Origin: an uncultured Methanosarcinaceae archaeon
Lineage (GTDB): Archaea; Halobacteriota; Methanosarcinia; Methanosarcinales; Methanosarcinaceae
Assembly: GCA_963833425.1 (NCBI GenBank)
Contig: CAWHXP010000015.1
Span: forward strand, 1-64,000
DNA length: 64,000 nt
Direction: 5' to 3'
In this document: piece after piece, positions 22,629 through 33,954 of the stretch
Position numbering within the stretch: position 1 is the stretch's first letter
How the letters are laid out: every line of letters begins with the position of its first letter
Translations under genes and position numbers: made by a program
Notes under the pieces: model-generated
Databases searched by the model: none
Told to the model about the DNA's origin: nothing
What the model saw: the letters and a program-made list of their open reading frames with translations, nothing else

Positions 22629-23426
22629 TTATTTTTCAGCAAGAGCGAACAAATCGTAATAAACGCTTTCTATGCCTTTTGGAGTCTGGTATTTATTCAG
22701 CTCTACCATGATTTCAGCCTTTATTTTTTCACATACGGATACCGGAATGTTGCTCATAAAATTCCCAAAGGAACTCGCTTCGACGTATTCAAGACATTTA
22801 GCAGGGGTCTCGAAATATCGTGTGTCTCTTTTTAGCTTTATTTCTATTACCCTAAAACCCGATTTTCTTAACAGTGAATCCAGTTCTACTTTATTTACTG
22901 GAGCGCTGAAATCTACACCTTCATCAATAATTCCAGCTCTCTTAAGTACTTTTTTTGCGATTATCTTTACCGTGAACGGATGATCCTTATCACCGGTACA
23001 TATACCGAGTTTTCCACCGGGCTTTAGTACCTGGTAGATATTATCTAAAGCTTCTTCTTTATCGTTTATCCAGTGAAAAACTGCGTTCATGTATACGACG
23101 TCGAATACGTCTTCACCGTAGCGGCCGATATCATCGCTGCTTCCCAGTTCAAACTTTATGTTCCCAGGATTCATTCTAGTAAGTTTCCGATGGGCTACTT
23201 CGATTCTTTGGGGAGAAGGATCAATACCAGTAATATAGTCAACCTTACTTGCTAGTTTTAATGTGAGACGCCCCGTTCCACAGCCCACGTCCAACACCTT
23301 ATGTCTAGTTGAAATATTTAACGTCTCTACTAAATCCATCCCGTTAATGTATTGATATTTGCTTATTTTGTCATACTTTTCTGCTAGTGATTCACTATCA
23401 TGGTTCACGCCGATCATTAACATCAT
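22629..23426 (-). CDS. Class I SAM-dependent methyltransferase
   Basis: VLDVGCGTG, GIDPS, FDVVYMNAVFHW, LKPGG. Confidence 0.9.
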   Translation of the reverse strand: MMLMIGVNHDSESLAEKYDKISKYQYINGMDLVETLNISTRHKVLDVGCGTGRLTLKLASKVDYITGIDPSPQRIEVAHRKLTRMNPGNIKFELGSSDDIGRYGEDVFDVVYMNAVFHWINDKEEALDNIYQVLKPGGKLGICTGDKDHPFTVKIIAKKVLKRAGIIDEGVDFSAPVNKVELDSLLRKSGFRVIEIKLKRDTRYFETPAKCLEYVEASSFGNFMSNIPVSVCEKIKAEIMVELNKYQTPKGIESVYYDLFALAEK

Positions 23427-24347
23427 TCTCTAGGATTTATTTGTGATTTATATCTAAAATTGTTGGTTATTTAAGAATCAATTTTGATGAAAACGGAAAA
23501 TAGGTACTGTTTTAGCGAATAAAAAGAATATATATAAGCAAAGAATCCAATAAAAAACAGTTAAATATTAAAAATTATAGGCTGTTGATAGCTTTTACAC
23601 GAGTAGTTACGTTCTCATCTGAAAAATAATTGAAGTTCAGAATGTACAATCCGACATAAAAGAGATTTGATATTGGAACCACTAGTTTGTATTTTATGAT
23701 TTTATCTCTGTATTCTATGGGGTAAACTTTTGTGAAGTATTGAATAGGTGAGTTTTTTGGGATAGATTGTTGCTATGTAAAGCAGATGAGAACGCAATTT
23801 ATACTAAGTTTTTAACGTATTTATTATTTTTAAAGTATAGGATTATTCTATATTTATATTCATCCCAAATAATCATTGTTTATCTAACTTGATTACTTAA
23901 AGAATTAATTATATCATTTGCTGAATAAATCGGTGTCTGGCCATTTGTTGGCGAAAGTACTCCCCTGTCTATTTTATCTTTTACCTAGCTGATAAAGTAC
24001 CTGAGTTCAGCAGGTTCTGCAAATGGATTTTTACATAGATCAAGAAGGAACGATACATATACATTATACAGAAGAAGAAATTCGTGAGCAAGAGCAAATT
24101 AAGAAATAATCAAAGAATAGTAATAGACCATTATAACTTCACAAGTAATAAAAAATAATAAATAATATATTTTTGTTTTTTGACTACGAAAAATCTTATG
24201 CGGGCTTATTTTTTGTTTAGAAGCAAATTTTCATAGAATTAATATTAAATAACCATGCAGATAATTGCGTATTTTACCGTCGTATCACACACAAACAGAC
24301 CTAAAAGAGTGAGAAATAAGCGGCATAATGGGATAAGACAGCATAGT

Positions 24348-24460
24348 AGAATCACTTGGAAGATGTTGGTCTTACTTCGAAGTAAATATACTTGCTAGGG
24401 GTATATATTTGAAGTAACTGTATATGGGTAACAGTAGACACAACTCTTCCAAGATATTCT
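24348..24460. other. Nested inverted-repeat structure (~110 bp)
   Basis: Outer arms CTTGGAAGATGTTGGTCT / AGACACAACTCTTCCAAG; inner TTACTTCGAAGTAAATATAC / GTATATATTTGAAGTAA. Confidence 0.5.
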
Positions 24461-24479
24461 TCCTTCTTTTTCTAAATTA

Positions 24480-25260
24480 GCTAATAATTCTCTTTTCTAC
24501 CCTAATTAGAACTTCAATACATTTGACTATCTCCTGTTAGTTGGTGTAAATGGACCTTTAATGTCTGAGCATCTGTGTTTGAGATATTTTTGATTGTGAG
24601 TTGCAGACAAACATTCAAGGCACTTAAATCGTTGCATCTAGCTGAGTACTGTTCAATGCTGTTCCATAGATTGTGCTGATAGGATTGCTATATATAATGG
24701 TAGGAGTCGCATGTGTTACATTAATCAAAACATTTGCTGATGCTGTAGTGTAGTTTGCAGAATTATTTGGTGTGAAGATAGTATTCAATGTCTGCTGCTT
24801 ATCTGCATTTAATACAGTTCCTAAGGGTGGAGTATAGACAAATTGCCCAGGTACAGAAGCCTTTGCATTTATTTGAATGCTGCTTAATGCTATTCCATAG
24901 TTTATGTTAGCAGTTACTTTAGGTAATTTTAGGTTTCATTTGAATATTACCCATAAACTGCCCAAATGCTATATGCCATGCTCCCACAGGCACGATGGCT
25001 ATAACTCTATTTTTTGCGGTGTTAATTACAGAAATAGTATTGCTCTGACTGTTTGCTACATATACCTTTTTTTCATCCGGTGTAACTGTAACTCCCCTGG
25101 GAACGAATCCTACAGACATATTTGTAACAGTATTAGTTTTTGTGTTAATTACAGAGACATTGTCATCATCAGAGTTTGCCACATATACACTAGTTCCATC
25201 CGGAGTGACTGCAACTCCACTAGGACCTGTTCCTACAAGCACCGTATCTGTAACAGTATT
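24480..25260 (-). pseudogene. Remnant of a YVTN beta-propeller / Ig-like repeat cell-surface protein
   Basis: GVAVTPDGTSVYVAN and GVTVTPDEKKVYVAN repeats, then broken YGIALSSIQINAKASVPGQFVYTPPLGTVL and YGTALNSTQLDAT modules. Confidence 0.8.
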
Positions 25261-25457
25261 AGTTTTTGTGATTAAATCTATGAATTTCCTAAATACCATC
25301 AGTAATAAAGAAAACATTGTTGATTTCGGACTCTTGGAGCTTCTGGAACCATTGGAGCTTATGGGACTCATAGAACATATAGAGTTCATGGAACAGTTGG
25401 AACTAATTAACCAAAGCTACAATCATAAATAGAAAAATTAGGAAAAAAATAATTATA
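25261..25457 (-). repeat. Dispersed element with 9-bp unit array, copy B (8 units), fused to the YVTN remnant
   Basis: Minus strand: GGTTAATTAG TTCCAACTG TTCCATGAA CTCTATATG TTCTATGAG TCCCATAAG CTCCAATGG TTCCAGAAG CTCCAAGAG ... TTAGGAAATTCATAGATTTAATCACAAAAACT. Confidence 0.85.
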
Positions 25458-25892
25458 CAGATCTAGCAGTGTATCTTCCCAATGAGAAACAGAAATTGCT
25501 CAGTCTGCAAGCAGAACGAGTTAAACAGTTAGGGAAAAATAGGCTTTAAAGCATCAGATTGATTATCTCACTAATTATACACTAAATATATTATCATTGT
25601 TAACTCCATGTTGATAGATGTAATCTCCATGGATAATTTAAATGGGTTAGTCGACTAATTTCCAGGGCAATAATGGAATTTCTGATTGTAATCAGTATTG
25701 TCCTATTTTTTTGAACTATTATTCAGAATAATTTATTCTATCAATTATATAATTTATTTAATCATATTTGATAGTGGAATAAACCGTTATAGATATATGC
25801 GCAGGAAGTTTGTGGTTGGGTTTCCTGCACATATACGATAGATTAAAATTTTGTTTATTTCATCTCCTTCTCTTTCACTACAAAAAAGGATT

Positions 25893-26350
25893 GGTTCCGT
25901 TGCAAAAACTTCAGAATAAGCATGTAAATATATAAGTAATGAATAAAAATCAAAATATTCAAGGAAAATGTACTAACATTATAAAGCTATACCAAATAAT
26001 TGATTAATGTATTTGACTTCATTAAGAGCAGAGTAATTTAGATTATTGACTTGTCTTTGTTCAACCATATTCATAGCTTCAATTCCCTTTAAAGTCTTAC
26101 TAGCAGATCGAAAAGACTGAAATCCTAACATTGGATTAACGATTCGCTTTATAGATCTATGATCTTGTTCTATAATGTTATTCAAATACTTGATTTGTCG
26201 AATGCCTACTTTTTTAGGTAGTATTTTATCAATTTTTAGTTTATCTATAGCAGGTGGATAAGCTGGATGATTCCGTTGCAAAAAATCTTTTCTAAGGATA
26301 TAATAAAACAAAAAGGAAATCAAAAGTAGGGTTCAGTTGCAAAAAATTCA
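25893..26350 (-). mobile_element. IS6 3' fragment interrupted by further IS6-type ends
   Basis: Right IR at 25893 and transposase C-terminus (PAYPPAIDKLK...EQDHR), then GATTCCGTTGCAAAAAA at ~26268 and GGTTCAGTTGCAAAAAA at ~26330. Confidence 0.85.
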
Positions 26351-26539
26351 AAATAAATTCAAATTTGTTTTTTATTATGCTTACTTTTTGTGCCGGATTC
26401 AATGCATAAAAACATGCATTAAGTCTCCGGCCTTCAGACTCTCTAAAAAAACTATCATCTTATTGATAACAGATAGTGTAGTTCTTAAATTACGCGATAC
26501 AGCTATTCACTCTTTTTTCTTGATGTAGAGGTTAATGAA

Positions 26540-28889
26540 TTAGAGTCCAGCAGTCAGAACCAAGGCAAAATCCTGCTTCATATTGTCAGTGCTTTCTGTT
26601 GGGATATTTAAGCCTGTTACACGAACTGTGTAGGTACCTAGCTGCGATACGTTAAAGACGACTTGTTGAACATTGTTATTCGTAGGACCTCCCTGAGTTG
26701 TTGTCCCGTCGGGTGCAGTAACTGACAAGCTCAGTTGGTTGACGAGACCCCCGCTCGCTGGAGTACTTGGGTAATCTGTCCAGACAAGAGTTGTGCGGAA
26801 TGGGACTGAATTATTCACCACATTGAAAGTGTAGTTCCTCTGATCTCTATGTCCAACTGCATCTTCGGCTGAGTCGCGAAATTCAATCTTCGATGGAGTA
26901 GGTGGGAACAGAGACTGTTCAAGGTTAATACGACCCCAGCCCTCGTCGTTGTTTGGCACTGTACCGACTTCAGGCGGTACATATTGACCTTTCATCGGCA
27001 CAGCACCGTGGATAAGTACGGCTTTGATGAGAGCTGCTGATGGCTTCGGGAATAATTCCTTTTGTAGATACTGTCGTATGAGAGCAACGGCCCCAGCAGT
27101 AATCGGAGTTGCCATGCTGGTCCCTCCATCAAATATATAGTAATCCAGCCGTGCATCTCCCTGTGGTAGCGGTCCCCATGAATCTTTGAGTGCGTTCTTC
27201 GCAACACTAGAACGCACAGAGAGAATGTTGGTTCCGGGAGCTACTACATCGGGCTTGACCCTACCATCGGCTGTAGGTCCTCGACTGCTGAATGCAGCCA
27301 TTCCATCCGGATTATCGGACACGTGATCCATGCTGATAGGTGGAACTTGGAAAGGTGGAGGCTGAGACTCTATTTGTGGAGGAAAAGATCCATAAGTGCC
27401 ATCTACACCAATGGGAGTGGAGCCAGGTGGTCTGTTATTTTCGGATGCTCCAACTGTGATGCAATTCTTAGCAGTTGCCTGCGCAGCGAGGGACATGGCG
27501 TCTATAATACCGTCTCTATCTGAATCTATTCCATCGTTTCCAGCAGCGAACAAAATGACTGCATCCTTATGGTTCCATGTGAATTCATCAATGGCCTGGC
27601 TTTCCGTAGTGTATGAGTCATCGCCACCACCCCAGCTTTGGCTGAAGATTTCTAGCTCCATCGTCGTAAGACTTCTGAAAGAGGATCTTAAGGTCGTTTG
27701 GAATACTATAAAGCTGATACCCACCTCGGAGAGAAGACTGCTGAAATTCAGGTTTTATTTTATAAAATTGTTCCACTGCTTGGAAGATAAGAAGTGCTTT
27801 ATATGCCATGCCGCGAATTTCGCCATTTGACCGCGCACCGCTGCCTAACACCGACCCTGCAACATGGGTCCCATGACCACTATCAATGTCTGCAGGGCCG
27901 TCATCCCAACTATTGTTATCCAAGTAGGGTTTCAGTTCTTCAGGGATAGGCCAACTGTGAATAGAAATAATCCTGCCTATAAAATCAGCGTGCATGGTTG
28001 CATCATTAACGCCTTTGTCCAAGCCTGTATCTGCTACAGCTACTATCTGTCCTTCACCGTCAAGACCGTGGTTATTCCAGATAGGCTGTACACCAATGAT
28101 GCCAGCGGCAATATCGTTGAACAGTTTCGAAACAACATATGGCTCAATAAATTGCACATTCGAGAGCCCTGCAAGTTCTACAATATGTACAGGATCTAGG
28201 GATATGCGCATTCCTTTCTTATCGGTTGCTATGATAGTACCACCGAGACTCTCGACCTTCTGCCTAACTGCTTCCGTATCATTTTCCTTATGTAGCAGCA
28301 CGCGTAAGTTACCAATCGGCTTAGGTTTGAAAGCTTCCGCTGAAATCGTCGCGTTGCTAAAAGCGTCATGTGTTGCTTTACCGCGAACGCCCATTAGAGA
28401 CGAGCTAATTTTGTAGGCAGGCTCGTAGCGACCAACCCAACGCACGAATTCAAGCTTAGAAATCTGGTCTTTTATTCCAAGGGTCATCTGCACCAGAAAA
28501 GCGTTTTCAGGGATATAATCACCGACTTTACCCCCTAACTTTTTGACTGTGTCAACCCATTCAGGCTTAACTGGGCCTACAAACTGAACAATTCAGTAAG
28601 TTTCTTCAGTCGGACTCAGTTCCATTAAGGAAAATTCCATTGATCTTGGAGCAGCTGGGATTCTAATTGTTGGATCGAATTCGATCGACTGGAGCTTAAT
28701 AATCGTCCCGCCAGTAACTGGCTCTAGGTGAAATCCTTCACTTTTGAGTTGTTCAGCTTGCGTTTCAGTCACTTCGGCGGTTATGCTGCCAGGGTAGGTC
28801 GCTAGTACACGAGAAACGGAAGCTTCGACCTTACGTCTTTTATCTTGCTCGCTTTCATCAACGAAGATCATTACTTGTTTAGTACTCAT
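26540..28889 (-). pseudogene. S8 subtilisin-like (Kp43-type) serine protease with one nonsense codon and one frameshift
   Basis: VADTGLD, GHGTHVAGS, AAGNDG and GGTSMATP motifs. In-frame TGA at 28593-28595 and an extra A near 27650. Confidence 0.9.
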
Positions 28890-29968
28890 TTAATTCCTCC
28901 TAACCTAATTTTTCGGATGTGTTCCTTGGTGAATACAGTTCAATGGACACAAATGACACCAAATTAACATCACTATTACAAATATTTTAAATAAATAATT
29001 AATATAAATGTATCCGATTAAAATTTCTTCAACTATAAAATTTTTTTATATAGAATGATCTCAATCTAAAAAAAATAGATTCTGATAAAAATTTCAGCTC
29101 ATAGCAAATATTTTAAAAGTTAACAATAATTTGATATTAATACTTAAATATAATTCTTTTTCTGAATGAAATTTATGTTTTCAAATTTTCATTAATGCAT
29201 AGTTTTTATAGCAAAACATATGCATAATCCAGAGATTAACATTCAAAAATTGATCCAGGAGAACAGAAGGTTAAATATTAAGTTACTTCCTGAAAATCCA
29301 AAAATAAAAAAGCCCTAGTGAAAGTTTTGGTAATTAACATTAAATTTTTCCATATTTTTTATGCGCTTGTTCAGCGATCAGAATATCAAAATGTACACTT
29401 ATTTCCGTTTGTATTTATATTACGAAAAATGGATTCAAGCTATAGGAAAGCATGTCCAAAAGGGCTCAACTACTTGTTTAGTATCTGGATTTGTGGCAGG
29501 GAAGCATATTGGATATATTATAAGAAACTGGGTTTGATATTGTGCCTATTTGAAAGAGAGTATATGGAAGGAAAACGAAGTGAACCCTTCCATGACACTT
29601 GGTATTTTGTTTTAAAAATCTGAAACTTTCTACCTATTTTCACTAATTCCACCACCACAGGGAATTCCAGCACAATAGGTTCGATGAATAGATTTCAGAC
29701 CGTCTTATTTTTCTAGAGCTTTTGAATAGCCATATGAATGTATGACAAACTCATATTTATTATTTTTCTTTATTTTTTTCATATTTTATGATATTATAGT
29801 TAATAATAATATTACTTATCAAATTTCCATCAAAAATAGTAATGAAGAATTTAAATTGAGAATGTATTTAGGTTTTCACACAAAATCTATGTATTTTAGG
29901 GTTATAGATAATTCAAACTTTTGGACTGAAATATACCTTTGTTCATCATCTTGACTCATTCCTTGTCT

Positions 29969-31028
29969 ATGGTACCTATATTTAATAATCAAATCACAAC
30001 TTATTTCAATCAAATTAATTATTTTATCCAATTATTGGTGATAGAGATCGGTCTTCCTATAGCTATATCTGATGTAATCGCTATTTATCAAAAAATTAAA
30101 GATAGAGACAGAACAAACAAAACCAAAAAGGCAGCGAGATATTTCCACGATTTTGGCTATCAAATGTTAGATTGTAGAAAACTTGGGTCTGCGAAGGAAG
30201 CATTTGATAAAGCTCTCACTTTAGATTCTACAAATTCAGAAACAGTTAAGGGACTTTTTAAAGCTACCATCTTCGAGCCTATATTTGCAAACAACCCTAT
30301 ATATTATGATGTAGAACTAACTTTAAAAAGAATAGACTATATTTAAAAGATAATCCAAATTACAGGCATGCTTTCTATTTTTTGGGAGAAATATATCGTG
30401 ATAGTGATCCTAAAAAATCATCGATTTATTTCAATAAAGTTATTGATTTATATCCTGATTCTTATCTAGCAGGTCTTTCTTATAACTCGCTTGCTTATAA
30501 AGCAGCTAGTGATAAAAACAATGATTTCGCATTTGACTTAATGAAAAAAGCCGCATTTTTATGTGAAAACAATTTAACAATTTTAAATAATTTAAGTTAT
30601 CAATACTCAATAAGAGGATATTATGAAACATCCATCGATACACTTACAAGAATTATAAAAAACGAGCCCTACAGAATAGTCGCATTATGGAATATAATTA
30701 ATTCATTAAGATCACTTGGTGAATTTCAAGAATCATATGATTACAACTGTAAATTAATCGAATGCATCGAGGATGAAAATTCATTAAATTATGTAACGAA
30801 TTTAGCATCGTTTTTCTTTCAAACCGATTCTAATGGCAATGGAGTATTTTTCGAGACTATGCATCAAAAAAAATGTTATAGTTATTATAACATGGCTTTA
30901 AGTTGCAGTCTTCTAAATAAAAATGAAGAAGCTAATCGATTTCTAGAAAAAGCTCAAATTTTTGATGATATCTATAAAACTTCACCAATAAAATTCCTTC
31001 ATTACAATATTGAATGCATACAAAAAAA
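29969..31028 (+). pseudogene. TPR-repeat membrane protein, frameshifted (~30340) and truncated by IS6
   Basis: TPR-like helices (AKEAFDKALTLD, IYFNKVIDLYP). The IS6 left IR begins at 31029. Confidence 0.7.
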
Positions 31029-31310
31029 GATCCCGTTGCAAAAAATCCTTTTTAATGATACAATAGAATAAAAAGAAAACCAAAGATAGTAATATGCTAT
31101 CTAATTCCTTTAAATGGAAGCATTATGAAGGAGAAATTATCCTATTGAATGTCAGATGGTACTTAAAATATGTATTAAGTTATAGAAATTAAAAAAAAAA
31201 TGATTGCAGAAAGGAGAGTAAAAGTCGAACATACAACAATCATGAAATGGGTACATCAATATTCCCTGAAATAGAAAAGAAGATATGAAGACATTTAAGA
31301 TCAACAAATT
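31029..31310 (+). mobile_element. IS6 5' fragment
   Basis: GATCCCGTTGCAAAAAA followed by ATGCTATCTAATTCCTTTAAATGGAAGCAT (MLSNSFKWKH), then decays. Confidence 0.85.
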
Positions 31311-31535
31311 ATTAAGTTGGTACTTTACTATTTTTAAAAATGTAAATTATTATGAAATCGAAGTACTCATAGAACTTATTACAGGTTGCAAATTTTCATA
31401 TTCCCCGTGTAGCTCGGTCTCCTGCCTTATCTGCTTCTTTCTGATAAACATAAGCACCGCTCTTGGTGTTTCCATTCGACGATTTATTATGTAAATTATA
31501 GAAAAATTAAAATAGTGTTTTTATTATAGGAATGC

Positions 31536-32123
31536 ATGATTGGTGATATTTTAGATTCTATTATAAGTATTATATTTTGGATAATAATAATAGTAGGTGC
31601 AGTGGCAATTTCAATAAAAGTATTGGGAATTATATTTTTGATAATAGATAGAATAGTACATGAAATATTTGGTGGCATTGGTGACAGTATCGAGTTGAGC
31701 CTGAAATTAGGAAGAATTGTACTAACGGTAATATTTACATTTATAATTCTAATAGGAGTTCTTTGGTTTATTGCTCCTAGTAGCTTTTATTTAAAACTGA
31801 ATACCAATAATCATGATTTCGAAGTCGGTATGCCTGTTATAGCAGTCCCTGGAACTTATGTCGATACTGACAATGGTTATATAATTAGACCGACTTTTGG
31901 GCTTCCAGTTCCTGTTATTCCTGGATTTCAAATCCAAAAAAGGGATAAATCGCATATAAATCTAACTTTAATTCCATTTGTTAATACACAATTTGTGAAT
32001 ACACAATTTGATAAAAATATAAAACATCCCCATAACCAAAACGGAGTTATTATATTTGTGCCTGATAGAGGGTACAATATCAGTAATTTTAGTAATTTCG
32101 GCCACAATTATAGCACAGGATAA
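31536..32123 (+). CDS. Hypothetical membrane protein (two N-terminal hydrophobic segments)
   Basis: 195-codon ORF in AT-rich DNA; no family recognised. Confidence 0.5.
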   Translation: MIGDILDSIISIIFWIIIIVGAVAISIKVLGIIFLIIDRIVHEIFGGIGDSIELSLKLGRIVLTVIFTFIILIGVLWFIAPSSFYLKLNTNNHDFEVGMPVIAVPGTYVDTDNGYIIRPTFGLPVPVIPGFQIQKRDKSHINLTLIPFVNTQFVNTQFDKNIKHPHNQNGVIIFVPDRGYNISNFSNFGHNYSTG

Positions 32124-32441
32124 AGTGAAACTAAAAATAGTATAATGTATATAAATGAACTTTTTATTAAAAAATTTAAAAAATTAGTAATTCGTTTTGT
32201 TCTCCAACCAGCGAAAGTTTGTCCATAATTTTTTACCTTAGTATATCAACGTCTTTGACGATTATATCAACATTCTCATTCTGGTTCGCGGAAACAACAT
32301 TCATTTTACGATATGAAAGTAAAGAAATCATATTTAAGAAGCAGAGTGGTTTTGGTATCCTTTAACTAGAAACCAGTATTTAGAGTGACAGTCTCAATAA
32401 TTAGTGGTATAATTGAAGACTGAATAACAGAAAAACAAGTA

Positions 32442-32592
32442 GGTTAATTAATTTCAATTGTTCCATGAGCTCCATATGCTCTAACAGTCATCTAGGCTTC
32501 ATGAGTTCCATAAGCTCCAGGAGTCATAGATCAATAACCTTTTCTTATTTCGTATGGAGCTTAGGAAATGCATAGATTTTGATACAAAAACT
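32442..32592 (+). repeat. Dispersed element with 9-bp unit array, copy C (8 units)
   Basis: GGTTAATTAA TTTCAATTG TTCCATGAG CTCCATATG CTCTAACAG TCATCTAGG CTTCATGAG TTCCATAAG CTCCAGGAG ... TTAGGAAATGCATAGATTTTGATACAAAAACT. Confidence 0.85.
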
Positions 32593-32778
32593 GTGTATGA
32601 ATCCTGATGAAAATCTAATAAAATAATGACTGTATCTTTTTAGATAAAACAGAGAAACGAGAAATAAAGCGGTGTTGCAAATTTGCTATAACTTCAAAGT
32701 TAAGTTTTTTGTATAATGTGTGTTTTGAATATACAAACTCTTCAATTTATGAAAAAAATAGCAAAAGGGGATATTTAA

Positions 32779-33711
32779 ATAAAAGAGAAGCAAGCTAGCC
32801 TTACTGCAATGATGGTAGCCTATATGCGTGCTTATCATGCTATACACGCTACAGATAAAATTTTTGATGACTTCCTAGCCTATGATTTGATACCAGAAGA
32901 TAAACGAAAACTAATCGAGCAATATTTAACAGAATTATGTTTGACATGTGACAAAGAGTTCAATGATTCTGAAAATACTGCATCGCTCTCTGATAGGATC
33001 ACTACCTCAGAGTTACTAATGCAAGCAATTAGTAATGTTATCAGTCGTACTAGATATGCAGAGGACACCCTGAAGAAAGCTTTCAGGCAAGGAGTGAGGC
33101 AGTGTGTAATTCTTGGAGCAGGAATGGATACATTTGCGTTTCGACACCCTGAAATGATGAAAGAGTTGGAAGTGTTTGAGGTTGATCACCCAGCTACGCA
33201 AGAATTTAAGCTTCATCGACTTGCTGAGTTAGAATGGGAACATCCAACAAAATTACATTTTATTCCTGTAGATTTCACAAAGGAGAGTTTAGTCACATTA
33301 CTCACTCGCTCATCATCTTATGACCCAAATGTTAAAAGTTTATTTAGTTGGCTTGGTGTCGTATCGTACTTATCCCAAGAAGATATTTTTGCAACACTGC
33401 GTTCTATCGCTGTGGTTGCTTCTGTGGGTAGCATAGTTGTTTTTAATTATGCAGATACCAATACATTTATCCCTGAAAAATTATCTCCACAAATGAAAGA
33501 ATTTTTAAAACTGTTGCGGAAGATAGGTGAACCAATGAAAATGAGTGGCTTCAATCCTTCAAGGTTAGCTGAAGATCTCAAAAGTTTAGGATTCCGTCTT
33601 CAAGAGGATTTGAGTCCAGTAAACATCGAAGAACGTTATTTCAAAGGACGTACTGATGGACTTCATGCATATGAGTACGGGCACTTTGCATGTGCAATTG
33701 TTGAACAATAA
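32779..33711 (+). CDS. SAM-dependent methyltransferase, LCM / TIGR00027-like
   Basis: AYMRAYH, FDDFLA, QCVILGAGMDT, VFEVDHPATQEFK, SWLGVVSYL. Probable start ATA at 32779; first ATG at 32809. Confidence 0.88.
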   Translation: MKEKQASLTAMMVAYMRAYHAIHATDKIFDDFLAYDLIPEDKRKLIEQYLTELCLTCDKEFNDSENTASLSDRITTSELLMQAISNVISRTRYAEDTLKKAFRQGVRQCVILGAGMDTFAFRHPEMMKELEVFEVDHPATQEFKLHRLAELEWEHPTKLHFIPVDFTKESLVTLLTRSSSYDPNVKSLFSWLGVVSYLSQEDIFATLRSIAVVASVGSIVVFNYADTNTFIPEKLSPQMKEFLKLLRKIGEPMKMSGFNPSRLAEDLKSLGFRLQEDLSPVNIEERYFKGRTDGLHAYEYGHFACAIVEQ

Positions 33712-33750
33712 AGCATATGATATATTCCGATGAAGATTTTGATTCACTTC

Positions 33751-33893
33751 CTATTTTTTTCTTATCTATTCTATTTATGCTTGTAGTTTAGTTTAATTAG
33801 TTTCAGGTGTTCCATAAGCTCCAGGAGTCATAAATCAGAACCTTTTCTTATTTGGAATGGAATTTAGGAAATTCAGAGCTTTTGGCGCAAAAT
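33751..33893 (+). repeat. Dispersed element with 9-bp unit array, copy D (3 units)
   Basis: CTATTTATGCTTGTAGTTTAGTTTAATTAG TTTCAGGTG TTCCATAAG CTCCAGGAG TCATAAATCAGAACCTTTTCTTATTT...TTAGGAAATTCAGAGCTTTT. Confidence 0.85.
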
Positions 33894-33954
33894 ATCTGTA
33901 TCATTATTAAAACCATTTTATGCAGGACCACTCTCTATTAAGGAGGAATCTATT

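Noticed and set aside
28593..28595. In-frame TGA in the S8 protease as possible selenocysteine
   Set aside because: The context Y*IVQF fits a TGG-to-TGA change in a propeptide, the gene has a second lesion, and Methanosarcina are not known to use Sec.
29318..29954. ORFs 29318-29623 and 29742-29954
   Set aside because: Composition typical of chance ORFs in AT-rich DNA, with no motifs or ribosome-binding sites.
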